This document shows, one piece after another, positions 26,188-39,500 of a DNA stretch of 64,000 bases. The notes beneath the pieces are model-generated. The model worked only from the letters and a program-made list of their open reading frames with translations, was not told the DNA's origin and searched no databases. Numbering within the stretch: the stretch's first letter is position 1; every line of letters starts with the position of its first letter. Where the stretch lies: assembly GCA_051362555.1 (NCBI GenBank), contig CM120640.1, positions 56,522,788-56,586,787 on the forward strand. The letters are read 5' to 3'. Made by a program: the position numbers and the translations under genes. This stretch comes from Lingula anatina (Eukaryota; Animalia; Brachiopoda).

Positions 26188-27491
26188 ACACACACAGAAA
26201 TGCTAAGTGGTTCCTTTCTAGGCTGGAAAACACTGTGCACTGTCTCCATTTAACATGAATATTGATGGATCTTGTTAACCATGCACTACTGTTAGTGCTT
26301 GCATTTCTGGCAACATAATTATTTCACATCTGTTGGTTACTTAACATGCCCCTTATCATAATACCTGAAAATTTATATCAACTATCTAAATTAAAATCTT
26401 ATCAAAGTATATATGGCTTGTGATTTACATAAGAAACAATAGAAAAGGATACGGTGCAATTCTTTCCCATTTGACCCTGAGACTACCTCTTACTGTTTCA
26501 AAGTCACTTTGTGGAAAACCCATGTCTACCAGCTGGACATCTACTGCAGTGCTGAAATGATCAACAACATGGTCAGCATTCATGACCTCATTGTATATTT
26601 ATTGTCTCAAACTATAAAGTATCATAGAAAAATCACCCTGCATCCTTTAATACCAATATCACAAAGGCACAATATCAATAACAAAAAATGCATAGATTAT
26701 ATGAAAATTTGTTATCATTCACTATCTTGTGGATTTTTACAAAACATTATTAGCAACACAATATCTTACCTTTCTCCTACATTGTAAATATTGTATTCAA
26801 CTGTCAGGTCCTTCCCCTCTACCAGGTACTGGTTTAAAATGGTTTTAGAGGCCAGGAGCCTGGCTGGTTTGCCATCTTCTGAGTTCACAAAGGAAAACAG
26901 ACACACTACACTCAATACTAGAAAGGTCTTCATCTGAAAAATAAAATAAATGTTTTTACATTATGATACCTATCCACTTGCTCAACAAACAGTATAGGTT
27001 TTATCGTATTAAACAAAGTTTTTAAAAATGTACAAAGTCAACCAGTTATAGGTCTAACAGTAAACTATCTAGCTCTACAGTGTTTATCTAGTTGTGGATC
27101 ACATTCAAAATTTATTTTCTTTTACCAGTAATATTTTCATTTATATTTTGAATTACGAGATGCAGGCTCTAGCTTCATTTGTGATGGTTCTAATGTTATG
27201 ATATTTATTTCTAATCCTCAAGAATCTCCCTCAATCTTTAAGAAGAACAACCGAGATTGTAAGATGTATTGGTCATTCGCCAGTGTACTAAGCCAACGAT
27301 AGCCACGTCGGCAGTGCTTCTTAAACACAGACTTGTTCAACATAAAATAATTCGGTTTATTTCTGAAAATTTGCTGAAATATGATATTATTTAACTTATG
27401 AGTACAAATTCTTTCTAAAAGGACGATCATAAATTTACATCAATGAACGAAACGTTTTACTTTAATGATACTTTAGCCCGTTACTTACCAT
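24961..27491 (-). CDS. SSR2: Translocon-associated protein subunit beta (TRAP-beta), ~187 aa
   Basis: Exons 27489-27491 (ATG only; an in-frame ATG also opens the next exon), 26770-26933 ([30 protein letters not shown]), 26453-26551 (VKWERIAP), 25889-26000 (TNVSH...PGYFNFTAA), 25235-25312 (YDRKFSPH), 24961-25068 ([16 protein letters not shown]...KKN*). Confidence 0.96.
26001..26452 (-). other. U12-type (minor spliceosome) GT-AG intron in SSR2
   Basis: Donor GTATCCTTTT, branch TCCTTAAT (26013-26020) close to an AAG acceptor, no polypyrimidine tract. Confidence 0.9.
26147..26196. repeat. poly-C plus (CA)n tract
   Basis: Direct; lies inside the U12 intron. Confidence 0.95.
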
Positions 27492-27685
27492 GCTATCCTT
27501 GTGCTCTTCAAGCCGGATGTGAAAGAAGGTTGGAAGAGAATTATGGGAATACCAAACCGGAAGCACGTTGTGCTTGTTTGTAAACTCACAGTAAAGCTTA
27601 GTAACATGTTCTTACCTACTCGTATATTTTACCTTATCCTTTGATTAATTTGGTCGGAAGAGCGCTGTACAAAAGAGCAGATTAA
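27492..27685. promoter_or_regulatory. Bidirectional promoter SSR2/LINS
   Basis: Divergent first exons under 200 bp apart; ETS-type CCGGATGT (~27513) and ACCGGAAG (~27556); CpG-enriched. Confidence 0.65.
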
Positions 27686-30600
27686 ATGACTCTCGAGGTA
27701 CGTACGTTGGCACGAAATAGGAGTGCTACCGCATGGGTTTCGTGAAATACACTGTATATGCATGTAGGCTATTGTAGGAAGAAATGGAAAAAAAATTACA
27801 CGGTTGCCAATCACTTATGCTAGCACTCTTCTTCAAGGCTTTTGCCTCAGTGTAAGGCCCTACGATGAGGCAAACTCTCATTCAACATGTAAATGTATAT
27901 GATAATATTTTATAAGGAATCGAATTACATAGTACTAGTACATGTATATTACTTATATTAATATTTGTGCGTAGCAAATTATACATGTACATGTATTTTC
28001 CCTTACATTTCAGATGGATAAACCATTTGTGCCCTTCTCGCAGGAAGAATTGACTGCATTATACCAGCTGCTTTTAAAAGATGTCCAGAGCATTACAAGA
28101 TACCAGGTGATAAGGTTACTGGATATTCAAAGAACAATTGACACTGAAACCAAGTTGCCCTCATCAGTAGAAACCTTAATGCTTCTTCAGTTGACAGATT
28201 TGAAAGTGCTCTTTGATAAATGCAGGGGACATTCAAGTTTGAGGCAGCTTGTAAACAGTGTCCTGGTAGAGCATGGGATGGTTTTGCAAATACTGGTAAA
28301 GTACAAGGGGCTAAATTTGGTAATAGGCTTAATGATTGAAAATTTATTTTGTTATGCAGTACAGTACATCAGATAACATAAATTACAGTCTCAGTCATTG
28401 AAATTAGAATCAACTTGTGAAAGTGCTGGTAAATAAAAAGTAGATAAGATGCTTAAATCATTAAATAATTTAGTTGTGCTTTTGTTAACCATAAAGTAAT
28501 TATATAAATGTTGTCTATCAAATATTCTAGGATATTTACTCAATTACTTAAAGGGACCATTCACATGAAAAATCTATTTTTTTAAAATCTAAAAATCTAT
28601 TGGAGGTATCTAGTGATCACAGTCTGTGCCCTGAATACTCCGCTGTGTAATTAACTAGCAGAGGGAGCGAGTTACTTCCAAAGCTGTAATTAATTCTTGG
28701 CTGCTCTAGGAGGAGATTTTCATACCTTGACACATGCGCAGTAGGAAGTTAGAAAGTAAATGGCGGTTGCAGTTGTTTTGAAAAAAGTGTTTGTCGATTT
28801 TGTGCAACAACAAGCACTAACACTAGCCATATTATGCGTCTGTATGCTTGAGTCGTCACAACTAAACTGATGAACTCCACAGCTTAGAGATATTACTGCA
28901 CATGCGTCAAGGTGTCAGAATCTCGTCCAAGCGCAGCCAAGAATTGATAACAGCTTTGGAAGTAACTGGCTCACGCTGCCAGTAATTACGCCGTGGGGTA
29001 TTCAGGGTACAGACCGTGATCACAAGATACCGCCAATAGATTTTTAGATTTTTAGAAAATAGATTTTTCATGTGAATGGTCCCAAAGACATATAAAATTA
29101 TGCAAACATTGGAGCATATTAGAATATAAAAGAGTTTGGTGAGTTAACATCAGTCCATGTACACTCTGCATCTTTAGGTATTTTTTCATTTCAGTCTAGG
29201 TTTTTAAAAAGTCCAGACAAGTATATAAGATATGCTGCCAATAATGCTGCACAGTCTGCATTGAAATGTCTACCAGCCCAGGTGTGTCTCAAAATTTTGT
29301 GATATTGCTTAGTATAAAATTTTAGAAGTAAGAAAAAATGAACAGGTATCTGTTAGAATCCTCTGAAATATATTTTGATATTTTAATTAATCAAAATCCC
29401 TTTCTTTTCATAGTCAGTCTTTGCAGGATTCTTTGAAGCTTTAGATGCAACACTGAAAGCAGAAAGTGAAAGTACAGGATATGTATTTGAATTATTTCAT
29501 CGTTTCCTGTCTGATTGGAAGAGAGGCCTGGAACTACCCAAGTCAAGTTTAATAAGAACACTGCCAGCACCCTCAAAAGGAAATTTTCCACTCTGTCAGA
29601 AACAACATACTCAAGAATCCGATGGCATAAATAGCATGTTAGAGATTGACATCAACACTGTGTCAAATTTATTGACCATTGTCGATAAACATTGGAATTC
29701 TGTTGTACCAAACCTCATGGATAAGTGGCATAGATGGAATAACCTCACACAAGAATCATTCTTGTCTTTGTGGCTTGCCATTGTAAAATTGAGTCTGAAT
29801 TCCAAAGTGAAGCAGATTTTAGGCAGTGGGATTACTGAACACAAGTGTCTGGTGTTTGTGTATACAGACCCTGACATCCTGCTTGATGCCTTAGTGTGCA
29901 CTTCCATGAAACAAAGATTTATCAGAAGAAAAATTATAGACATATACCTCTGCTGTCTAGGTCACCCTGATGGTTTGGACAATCAAGCTAGAACTGAGAG
30001 TCTGGCCTTGATGATTCAGCAGAGGGTAGCTGAAGGTTGGTTAAAGAAATTACACTTGCCTAAAGGATTTGCTGGCTTTGGTGGAACCAGTATTCTTGCT
30101 AGTGAAGAATATTATGGCTCCAGTGACATTTCTCTTCTCAGATACATTTGTTTACTGGTGTTGAAATCATCTGCAGCATTGGAAAAAATAGCAGGTAGAC
30201 TAATGCAGATGTTTTCAAACCAATCTTTTTTTAGTAGAAAAAGGTCCATTAGAGACTTTATATCAAGTGCTAACAGTGTTTGATTGTTTTATCAAACACA
30301 TTCAGGGTTGAACCTGTTATGCTGTTCAAATCATTAAACACCATATGTAATTGATATTTTTTCTACAAATCTTAGCTACAGTGGAAATTGTTTTCATCTT
30401 GCTACATTTAAATTTCAATGTAGTTGTTGTTTGTAGTATTCATGCTAAACTTGTCATGTGTCGCTGTCTATAGGTACATTAATTTGGTAATTTTAGCAAT
30501 TTTTGTGATATCTTAATTGTTCTTCTAGAAAAGGTGCACATTATTGAGCTAGTAGGAAAATGCCTTGACAGTGTACTCCAATTTTCAAGTGACACTCTCC

Positions 30601-31557
30601 AAACAGGAACCACTTTTACATGGTGTCAACTGTTACAAGAGATATTTATAGATCAAGATGACTTAATGGTGGAAGCCATGCTCTACTTGTTGGTGGTTTA
30701 TTTAAGGTCTCAAGACAGGTAAAATTGACCATTTTATATTATATTTCATAATTTTTGAGAATTATTTCTCTATGTTTTATAGAAGGTAAAGATAATATAG
30801 TCAGTGTCTCTAGCATAAGATAACAATTGTTTTATTGGAGTTAAATGCCTGCTGGGATTTTGAAAGTCTGTGTCTTATTATTTATGTACACAGTTATTTT
30901 AATTTCTCGTTCCTTTTATATTGCAGCTCTCCAAACCCTCACTTGATCTTTTCTTTGTTCCTGTCCACCATATCACATGACCATACTGTCCTTCTGGACA
31001 TGTTAATATCACCAGAGACATGCTTCTTGGTCTATCTGGTGAAGTATCTAAAACTAGTTCAACATGATTGGATGGGATTTCAGTCAAGTCTTGGTAAAGA
31101 CTCTACCAGCAGTTTAGCAGACATGCTCTTAATTAGTAAAGAAAGTGCAAAGTCTGGTAATTGTAGTTTTTGGACTTCAGAGGAAAGCCACAGTTCTGGT
31201 AAAAAAATAACTAATATAGTTGGAAATGATGAACGCCATGAAAAGACATCAGCAGACAGATGTAAAACTGTTTCATCAAAATCTAAAGATACATCACATA
31301 TGGAATCAAAATGTGGATTTACTGCAACAGTAAATCTTGTTGATTACTCGGATAGTGAAAGTGAGCAAGACTCCGAGGGTGAATTGGAAAGAAATAGCAT
31401 GCTTTCAGTGAGAGAAAGTGCACTTGACCAAACATTAGGTGTGTTTATCAGACTGAAGATGTCATTAGAGAGAATGTCTGTTCAAAATCTAATTCCTTTC
31501 AATGTACATCCATTACTAAAACTTATTTCACAAGTGGAATGCCTTTATGAAAGATAA
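27686..31557 (+). CDS. LINS1: Protein lines homolog, ~660 aa
   Basis: Exons 27686-27697 (tentative), 28014-28295, 29195-29281, 29414-30194, 30529-30718, 30927-31557 join in frame. Lines motifs GFAGFGG, LLVLKS, FIDQDDLMVEAML, PHLIFSLFL..ISHDHTVLLDMLISPETCFLVYLVKYLK, IPFNVHPLLKLI. Confidence 0.9.
28552..29083. mobile_element. Foldback-type MITE with ~190-bp TIRs, Kolobok-like left end
   Basis: TTAA|AGGGACCATTCACATGAAAAATCTATTTT ... AAAATAGATTTTTCATGTGAATGGTCCC. Arms ~28552-28744 and ~28893-29083. Right TTAA missing. Confidence 0.85.
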
Positions 31558-31681
31558 GATAATCACAGTTATACAGGTATTTCCACTTAAATATTCCTGT
31601 TATATCAAGCAATAGTTTGAAATGAATTGTGGAAGGTGTAGGGGTGTGCAAATAAATAAAATGATATATTGAAATAATAAA

Positions 31682-34600
31682 AAACAAGGCAGCAAAGCTG
31701 TCAAATGTACAGACAAAAAACAGAAAATAAAGATGCAAAATGGGTCATTTTGTCAATTTTGATGCAATAATAAATAATGCTTATAATAGCACTGTCAAGC
31801 AACACTGAATTTTAATCATGCACAACAGGTAACATGGTCAATAACAGGAGCAGATCCAGAGATATTTTCTGACAGTATTCCAAAGTATCTTTGTTGATCC
31901 ATCCTCCACTTTTGATGGTTTTCCAACAGAAAAAAAATTGATACCAGTCAATGTAAACTTTAAAATCTGACTGTCATCTGAAAGACCCAGAAGACGGCCT
32001 CAATCCACCCCAGCAATAAGATAACAGTTTCTGGACCATGAGAGTTCAAATTCACATAATGAAAATCCCAATATTTGAAAAATGTTGACAGTGCATAAAA
32101 TAAAATATTGTTTAAAGACATAAAAACCTATGCAACTGCTTATGTGGAAATACAGAATATCTGAAGAGCTTCAGGTGGATGGGAGTTGAAAATGCCAGTG
32201 TTTAGAAAAAAATTAAAAAGAAAACACAACAACAAAAAAAAAAAAAATTCCATTAAAGCTGCTATTCAAACTTTTAATCTTGCTGTATTAACATGATATG
32301 AATAATCCCAATGTGTTTGAGGATAATAAGGCACTGTTATTCATCTATAGCATTAATGTTGGCATTACACAATTTTTTTTTCTTTTGTAAACTTATTTGC
32401 AATATTAAACAACATTTACCTGCATAATTATCACCAATTCCTAATTATGTGACACAGTTAAGAGAGCTTTACCTATAGGACTTGAATGGGAAATCTTAAC
32501 GTGTGCTTTATGTAATCTTATTTAATGGGCACTTGAAAATCAATTAGGCAAGTAATTTTATAGCTCTGAATTTAGCTAGTGATTATCCCAAGGGACAATT
32601 ACCACCATTCATAAACAGTAGCCCCATATAGCACTCTATAGAGCTGCATTGCTTCCAAAACAGAAAACAATCACACTGATTTCCAACACAAGCTACACTT
32701 CAGTCCTATGAAACTTTTCAGTAAGTTAGAATATCATAAGTAAAATGGTTTTTCCTTAATGGTCATCCCAGAAGCGATGTCCAAAAAAGTTTTTTTTTTC
32801 ATCTTTTATGCAATTTAACATAATGCTTAACAGCACAATGGCCATCAATTTTTAATAATAAAGTAAATGTATCATAGCTATTCAAAAGATGTGACTAGCA
32901 ATGGTATTCAAGCCAATGGAAGTTCAAAGACTAAGTCACCCCTTGAAAATGTCCATATGTGGAAATTTTAATTGTAACAAAAAACTATATAATTTCCAAG
33001 AAAGTTAACCGATATAACAGGTTTTTCAACTGAAGCTATAATTTAGTGCTATGCTACATTTCTGTAAGTTTGAGAAGAGTAAGTGACTTGGTTTTCCTTT
33101 ACTGGTCACTATGGAGGCATTGTCTAAAATGGGGTTGTCTTCAATTTTGATGCAATATTACATAATGCTTAACAGCATAAAGACCATCAATTTTTAATAA
33201 TAAAATAAAAGTATCATGGATATTCAGAAAATTTAATATGGAAAGGTCTTCAGGGCCATGGAAGTTCAGAGCCACAACTTCAAAATGCCAAAATGTACAC
33301 AAGAGATAACTGTTACTGAAATGAATTTCTTTCCACTTTCAACACTTTTTTTACATACATCAAAATAATCAATTTACTGTTGTTTTTAAATGATCAACTA
33401 AGAAAGTTGTTGACATAGGAAAAATATCAATAGAACAATATTAAATGTCTAATTTGTTCCATTCTGAGATTCTGAACATGGTGAATGATTGAATCTGACA
33501 AACTGTAAAGATATGAGTTTATTTCCATTTTGACACTTTATTACACAATGCACAATAACAGGTTTACCATCATTTTTATATAATCAACTAACAATATTGC
33601 TAAGATGCAGAAAATGTCAAAAGAACACCTTTACATTACTAATTAGTTCACAAATGAGATTGTTAACATGCCTAATAATTAAATCCGAGGAAAAAAGACT
33701 TATATACAAAAAAAGGCACAATTTCACCAAATCTGAACCGATCAAGCTTATTTTCGAACCTAATCTGTATTTTAGTAAATCTGATCACCCCTGTGAATTT
33801 CAAGACAATTGATTTTCCTTGAAATGTGTTATCGGTGTTGCACATATGCTGAAATAGTGAAAAAACAGCATAACTTCCATAAAAATGGCCCGATCAGGCT
33901 GATTTTCGAACTTGACCTGCGTATTATGAATATTCATCAGTTCTGTAAGTTTCAAGTCAAAAGGTAAAATGGTTTTCCACTTATCGTGTTATCGGTGCTG
34001 CATATATGCTGAAAAAAGTGAAAAAACAGCATAAACTCCATAAAAGTGACCCGATCATGCTGATTTTCGAACTTGACCTGCGTATTATGAATATTCATCA
34101 GTTCTGTAAGTTTCAAGTCAAAAGGTAAAAGGATTTTTTCACTTATCATGTTATCGGTGTTGCATTTATGCTGAAAAAAATGAAAAAATAGCATAACTTC
34201 CACAAATATGGCCCGATCATGCTTATTTTCGAACTTGACCTGCGTATTAAGAATATTCATCAGTTCTGTAAGTTTCAAGCCATAAGGTGAAATGGTTTTT
34301 CACTTATCGTGTTATCGGTGTTGCATTTATGCTGAAAAAAAATGAAAAAATAGCATAACTTCCACAAAAATGGCCGGATCATGCTGATTTTCAAACTTGA
34401 CCTGCGTATTATAAATATTCATTGGTTCTGTAAGTTTCAAGCCAAAAAGTAAAACGGTTTTTCACTTATCGTGTTATCAGTTTGCATTTATGCTGAAAAA
34501 AATGAAAAAATAGCATAACTTCCACAAATATGGCCCGATCATGCTGATTTTCGAACTTGACCTGCGTATTATGAATATTCATCAGTTTTGTAAGTTTCAA

Positions 34601-34885
34601 GCCAAAAGGTAAAACGGTTTTTCACTTATCGTGTTATCGGTGTTGCATTTATGCTGAAAAAAGTGAAAAAACAGCATAACTTCCCTAAAAGTGACCCGAT
34701 CATGCTGATTTTCGAACTTGACCTGCATATTATAAATATTTATCAATTCTGTAAGTTTCAAGCTGAAATGAAAAACAGTTTTCCACTTATTGTGTTATCG
34801 GTAAAAGTGCACGGCAACGACGACGGCGACGACGACAGACGCAGATGACGGCTATATGTACAGACACATCTGTGTCTGTACATAA
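31682..34885 (-). mobile_element. HINE family B, copy 2 (more diverged; lacks nested family C)
   Basis: Reverse-complement termini: AAACAAGGCAGCAAAGCTGTCAAATGTACAGACA at 31682 and hairpin TATGTACAGACACATCTGTGTCTGTACATA at ~34856-34884. Confidence 0.85.
33830..34800 (-). repeat. Tandem array of ~161-bp units (~6) in HINE B copy 2
   Basis: CTTATCGTGTT anchor at ~33980, 34142, 34303, 34465, 34625, 34786. Confidence 0.93.
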
Positions 34886-35662
34886 AAAGAAACGGGAATA
34901 TGAGGTTTATTTACTGAAAGCATTTCTTCTGTACTTGTAGATATAAAACGTGCATTTTTCAATTTCAAAGATTAATGGGCACGACATCGATGTCAATAGC
35001 AAAGTCATGATAGATCAAGATGTATGTTACATTTTTTGTAAGATTCTGTGTATCAAAATATGAACAAACCTCATTGCATCCCTAAGATATGACTGTTGTT
35101 GTAGTAATACAAGCGTTGATGTGGAATACTTTTAAAACAAGCTAAATGATTTGGTTAAGTGCATTATTGAAAATGAGATATAGAGGTTTTATTTTCAGAA
35201 AAGTAATATCCAATGACTTGACATATTTTGATTAACCTAGTTTGCTATTCCAAAATGTTTGACTTCTGCCTACTTTCAAACTGTTTGGTCTATGTTTCAA
35301 CCGGTCTTTCACATGAACTATTTTAGAAAACTTCCTCCATCCAAATAATTACCAAAAAATCATCGCTATATTTTATTGAGGAAAAGGATAAATTTAATCC
35401 TTCTTATTTGTCTTTATTCACACCTGTACAATCTGTTGATAATGCCTTCATTCCTACTATAAAATATATATTATTGAAGCAATGTTCATTAACTTCTGTA
35501 AATAGATAATTTTTTCTACAAGAAGGCATAATTCAAGTGACATTGAGTTCAGTAACTTTGTTATTTCCAAACTCTTTCAATACATTCAAATCTAAAAATG
35601 AGAGGATAGTGCTGATCCCCCAAAAGGCCCACCACAATATTCAGTTCCTGCAGACATGTCCA

Positions 35663-36457
35663 TCACCGCCTGTATCTGTACCGTTTAAAGTGGAACCACA
35701 GTTGAAAAATGTTATTATGGAATTGACAACGGAATCCCTTCTTGTATGAACATTCCCACTCTCTGCTTACTATCTTGAAAGCTATATCCTAAAAAGAAAT
35801 TTTAAAATTATACATTGGTGAATAAGGACTTACATAAACTGAGTAATTCACTCAGATAGTGCGAGGGCAATTTCTTTAATCAACAACTACAGTGAAATTA
35901 TTGTTTGGATACTATTTTGCAGGCAGAGTCTGTATTAACAACCTGAAAAGGTGATTAAAACCACTGGCATATTGGCTCTCAAGTTACTAACTCTAAGATA
36001 AATAAGGACTAGTTACAATCTACATACATTTGTGTGGAATGCTTATACTGCTATTAGAGAAGTTCGTATAAAACTTATAAATCTTACAATTTAAGAAAAG
36101 CACTTCCATATTTTACTCTTTCAGACAGTTAAAATTCCTATAAAAGCATGCACTGATCTCTACCTCATATGGTGGTCCTGCACTGAACTTTAGAGTAGCA
36201 AAGTCCTTATTGTCTGCACATGGTGTCTGGAATACAGGTATTAAAATTATGAAAATATTTTGGAGCAATAGTTACCAATTTGTATTTATCATGATTTAGG
36301 AATGATCCAATTAAAATCTTCATTTATTTAATTTTGGGTTTTTTTAATATAAACCACAACATGAAGTAGTAAAAATACTTACCAAACTAAATTGTGGGGT
36401 TTTTGTTTTATCTATTAAATCTGGGTAGAAAATCTGAAAATATACAAAAGAAGATAA

Positions 36458-36527
<70 letters not shown>

Positions 36528-39500
36528 GTGTATAGATACAACATTTCCCACTACAATTGGCCTGACCTGATAATTGACAATAAAAACATGATTGAAGTAA
36601 AGAAAAGTCAACAATACTACATGTCTACTATCAAATTTTGAATAAGAGTGTGACTTACATTGAATTTATATCCTTGGACAATCTTTGGAGGTGGGTTGTC
36701 CATGTCATAATGAGTCTGGTTGTATTTATTCCATTCAAAACCCTATTATAGAAAATAAAGAATTGGTGAAAGCATGTATCAAAGATAATCAAAATTTTCA
36801 AGACAATTAAAATTCCTTTAACAAAACAAAACAAAACAAATTGGATAAGGTAATTTAAACTTTAAAAGATGCATTTGGAGTAGATTTTTTGCTATAAAAC
36901 TCAACCGAATGCCATCATATAGTTTCAGATAGCATAACTTATGTATTTATCAAAAATGATTTTTGAACAGGTATTTTCTGCTTTGTTTCTGTGGTATATA
37001 TAATTTCAGTGACTCATTTGAATAACTGTGCATGCAGCAGTAATGGGCTATACATTACTCTTCATTTGGCAGACTCTTATGTACTGGAGGGATGGACAAG
37101 TAGGTCAATTTATGACCAGAAATTTTAAGAAGGTGCAGTTTAGCTCCTTTATGACTGACTGAGTAATTAATTTTTTTTTTTTTTTTGCCTTGGCAAATCA
37201 ACTTTTTTTGCATTGTATAAGAAACAACTAAAAGTTGTTTTAATGTCTTACAGAAAACCTGTGCTTGCTTCAAATGTAACTTTAACAGAAAAGCAAAGTA
37301 GCAATTATTATAATCAAATGCTTCATAAAACTTACTGTGTGTACTCTGTTAAAGAACCTTGGTTTCCTAGGTCTGTATTTATCTGACCAAGCCATGGTCT
37401 GTTCTAGCTGTACCTCCACACTGAATGTAGCTTCATCATCATTCATCCCCTCTCTGGCACGCTTTTCAAACTCACTTTCTCTTTCTGTGTCAGTCTGAAA
37501 CAAACAGATCATCATTATGGGAATTACTATTATTACTGTTTAAACATTTTACAAGAATCATTCTTTCTTTTGAAAAAGTCACTGTTTTGGTAAGCCTTTG
37601 CTACAAAATATGTTCCCGTATCACTTATATGTCAGCAAGAAACTGGTAGTGCACAGTCTTGTTTTCATTGCATGTAGTCTATAAGTAACTTTCAAAATAC
37701 ACTATTAAAGGAATTTACAAACAACATTCATAGGGCTGTGTCAATATGAAAAGTTTATCATCTACCTGTGCTTTCCCTGTTCTTCTAACTTGTAATCTGA
37801 GATGCTCCAGTCTTTTCATATCATCCTCAGGATCATATACAATGGTATCTGCCTCCAGGTCAGAGTGTTTTAGCAGTCTGGGTGAATATTGTCCTAGTTG
37901 GTACTCTTCACAGCTCTGCTCCAGCAAATCTTCCTCAGTTATAAGTGCTTCAGACCTATTCACAAAAAAATAAAACAAACAGTCAGGCAAATATAAGTTG
38001 GTTTCAAGCAAAACTTCAAGAATTCAGACATCCACAATATTGCTAACAGAACTTCAATTTTATAAATTACAATTCTCTGGAAAAAAAACATACAATTCGT
38101 CACACTTACTCTTCTTCATCCTCCCCGTACTCTTCATTTTCTTCTTTCCCTTCTGGGTTTTGTTCAGTGCCTACCAATGGAGCAGGCTCTTTAAATTCAC
38201 TGTTATTGTTTGTTGCTGTATCTTTAATTTCAGTTGAGCAACTGGGTCCTGCAGAATCCCTTTCAGTTGCTCTCTCACTGGAACCAGCATCTGTCCCTGG
38301 CTCTTGTTTAATAATTGGAAATATGGGATCACTCTCTATTCCTTGCTGCAACAGAAGTATTGAAAAAGACACTAATTTTGAAGAAGGCAAGACATAGCTA
38401 TGAATATCTGCTTGAATAAAATATTCATTATGGGATACATTATAAATCTTAACAATAAATGCCAGAATCAGATAAAGTCTTGATTTAACCTGAACCCCAC
38501 CTCTTGCTTTAACCTGAACAGTTTACTCTTTAAGACATCTTGATGTCTCTCTCTCAACCTTGTTCTTGCCATGTGTGCTTTGAGCTGTTCAAGGAGGGAT
38601 TCCCAGTAACCTAAAGATACAACAAATTCTATGTGTAGGTGTTTGCCACTTCTATCTCTAAAATCCTCAATAAAGATAGTAACAAATAAAATGTGAGTAA
38701 GAGGCCAAATATGAGAAGCTTTTGACATAGGTGCTTACAAACGCTACATCATTAAGGTATTAATTTTTATGTACACATATGGGTAATAATTATTTGGCCA
38801 AGGTATAATTAAACAAAGCATTTTGGCAATAAAGTGTATTTAAATAGGTAAATGAACACTGAACCTCACCAACATCTATCCCTTCTCCACCTTTCAGTTT
38901 CTTCTTGATCTGCTCTTTTAGTAATAATAGCTGGTTGTGAGTTTTGCCCTTGAAAACACTTGACACATCAGAACTGACAGCTTGGTTAATACCTTCCCTT
39001 CTGTCACCAACATAATCTGAAATATCAAAAATAAACTGAATCCAACACTCAACATAATCTTAAGTGAGACTGTGCAGCTTCTAAGTGATTAGTTATGTCT
39101 AAAATCATTAATTTGTGTCAAAAGGGAGCAGCTCTATGACCCACTTTACTCCTAATTATAATCATCCATAAACATATTTAAACAAATACAATGCACAGAA
39201 ATATACTTTCATAACTTACACTGACTGCTAGGGTCTATTTTTCTCAGTTTACTGAGTTCATCATGGGTTACTATAGTAATGTCTCTCCAGAAGTCTGCAT
39301 TCTTGTCCTCCTCCAGTTCTGAATACACCTTGATGTCTTCCAGTAAATCTTCCAAGTCTTCTATCGTTAGACCCTACAACAAACACAGCAAATTATTATA
39401 TTGGAATAGGCAGCTTGATGGAATATATTCACTGAAAGCAGTTTTTGATAAAGTTTTTGACTAATTTACCTAAATATTAATTTTATAAATATTAGCATCA

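Noticed and set aside
36344-36614. YIYIYI-containing ORFs (also 16413-16652)
   Set aside because: Translations of (AT)n microsatellites next to real exons.
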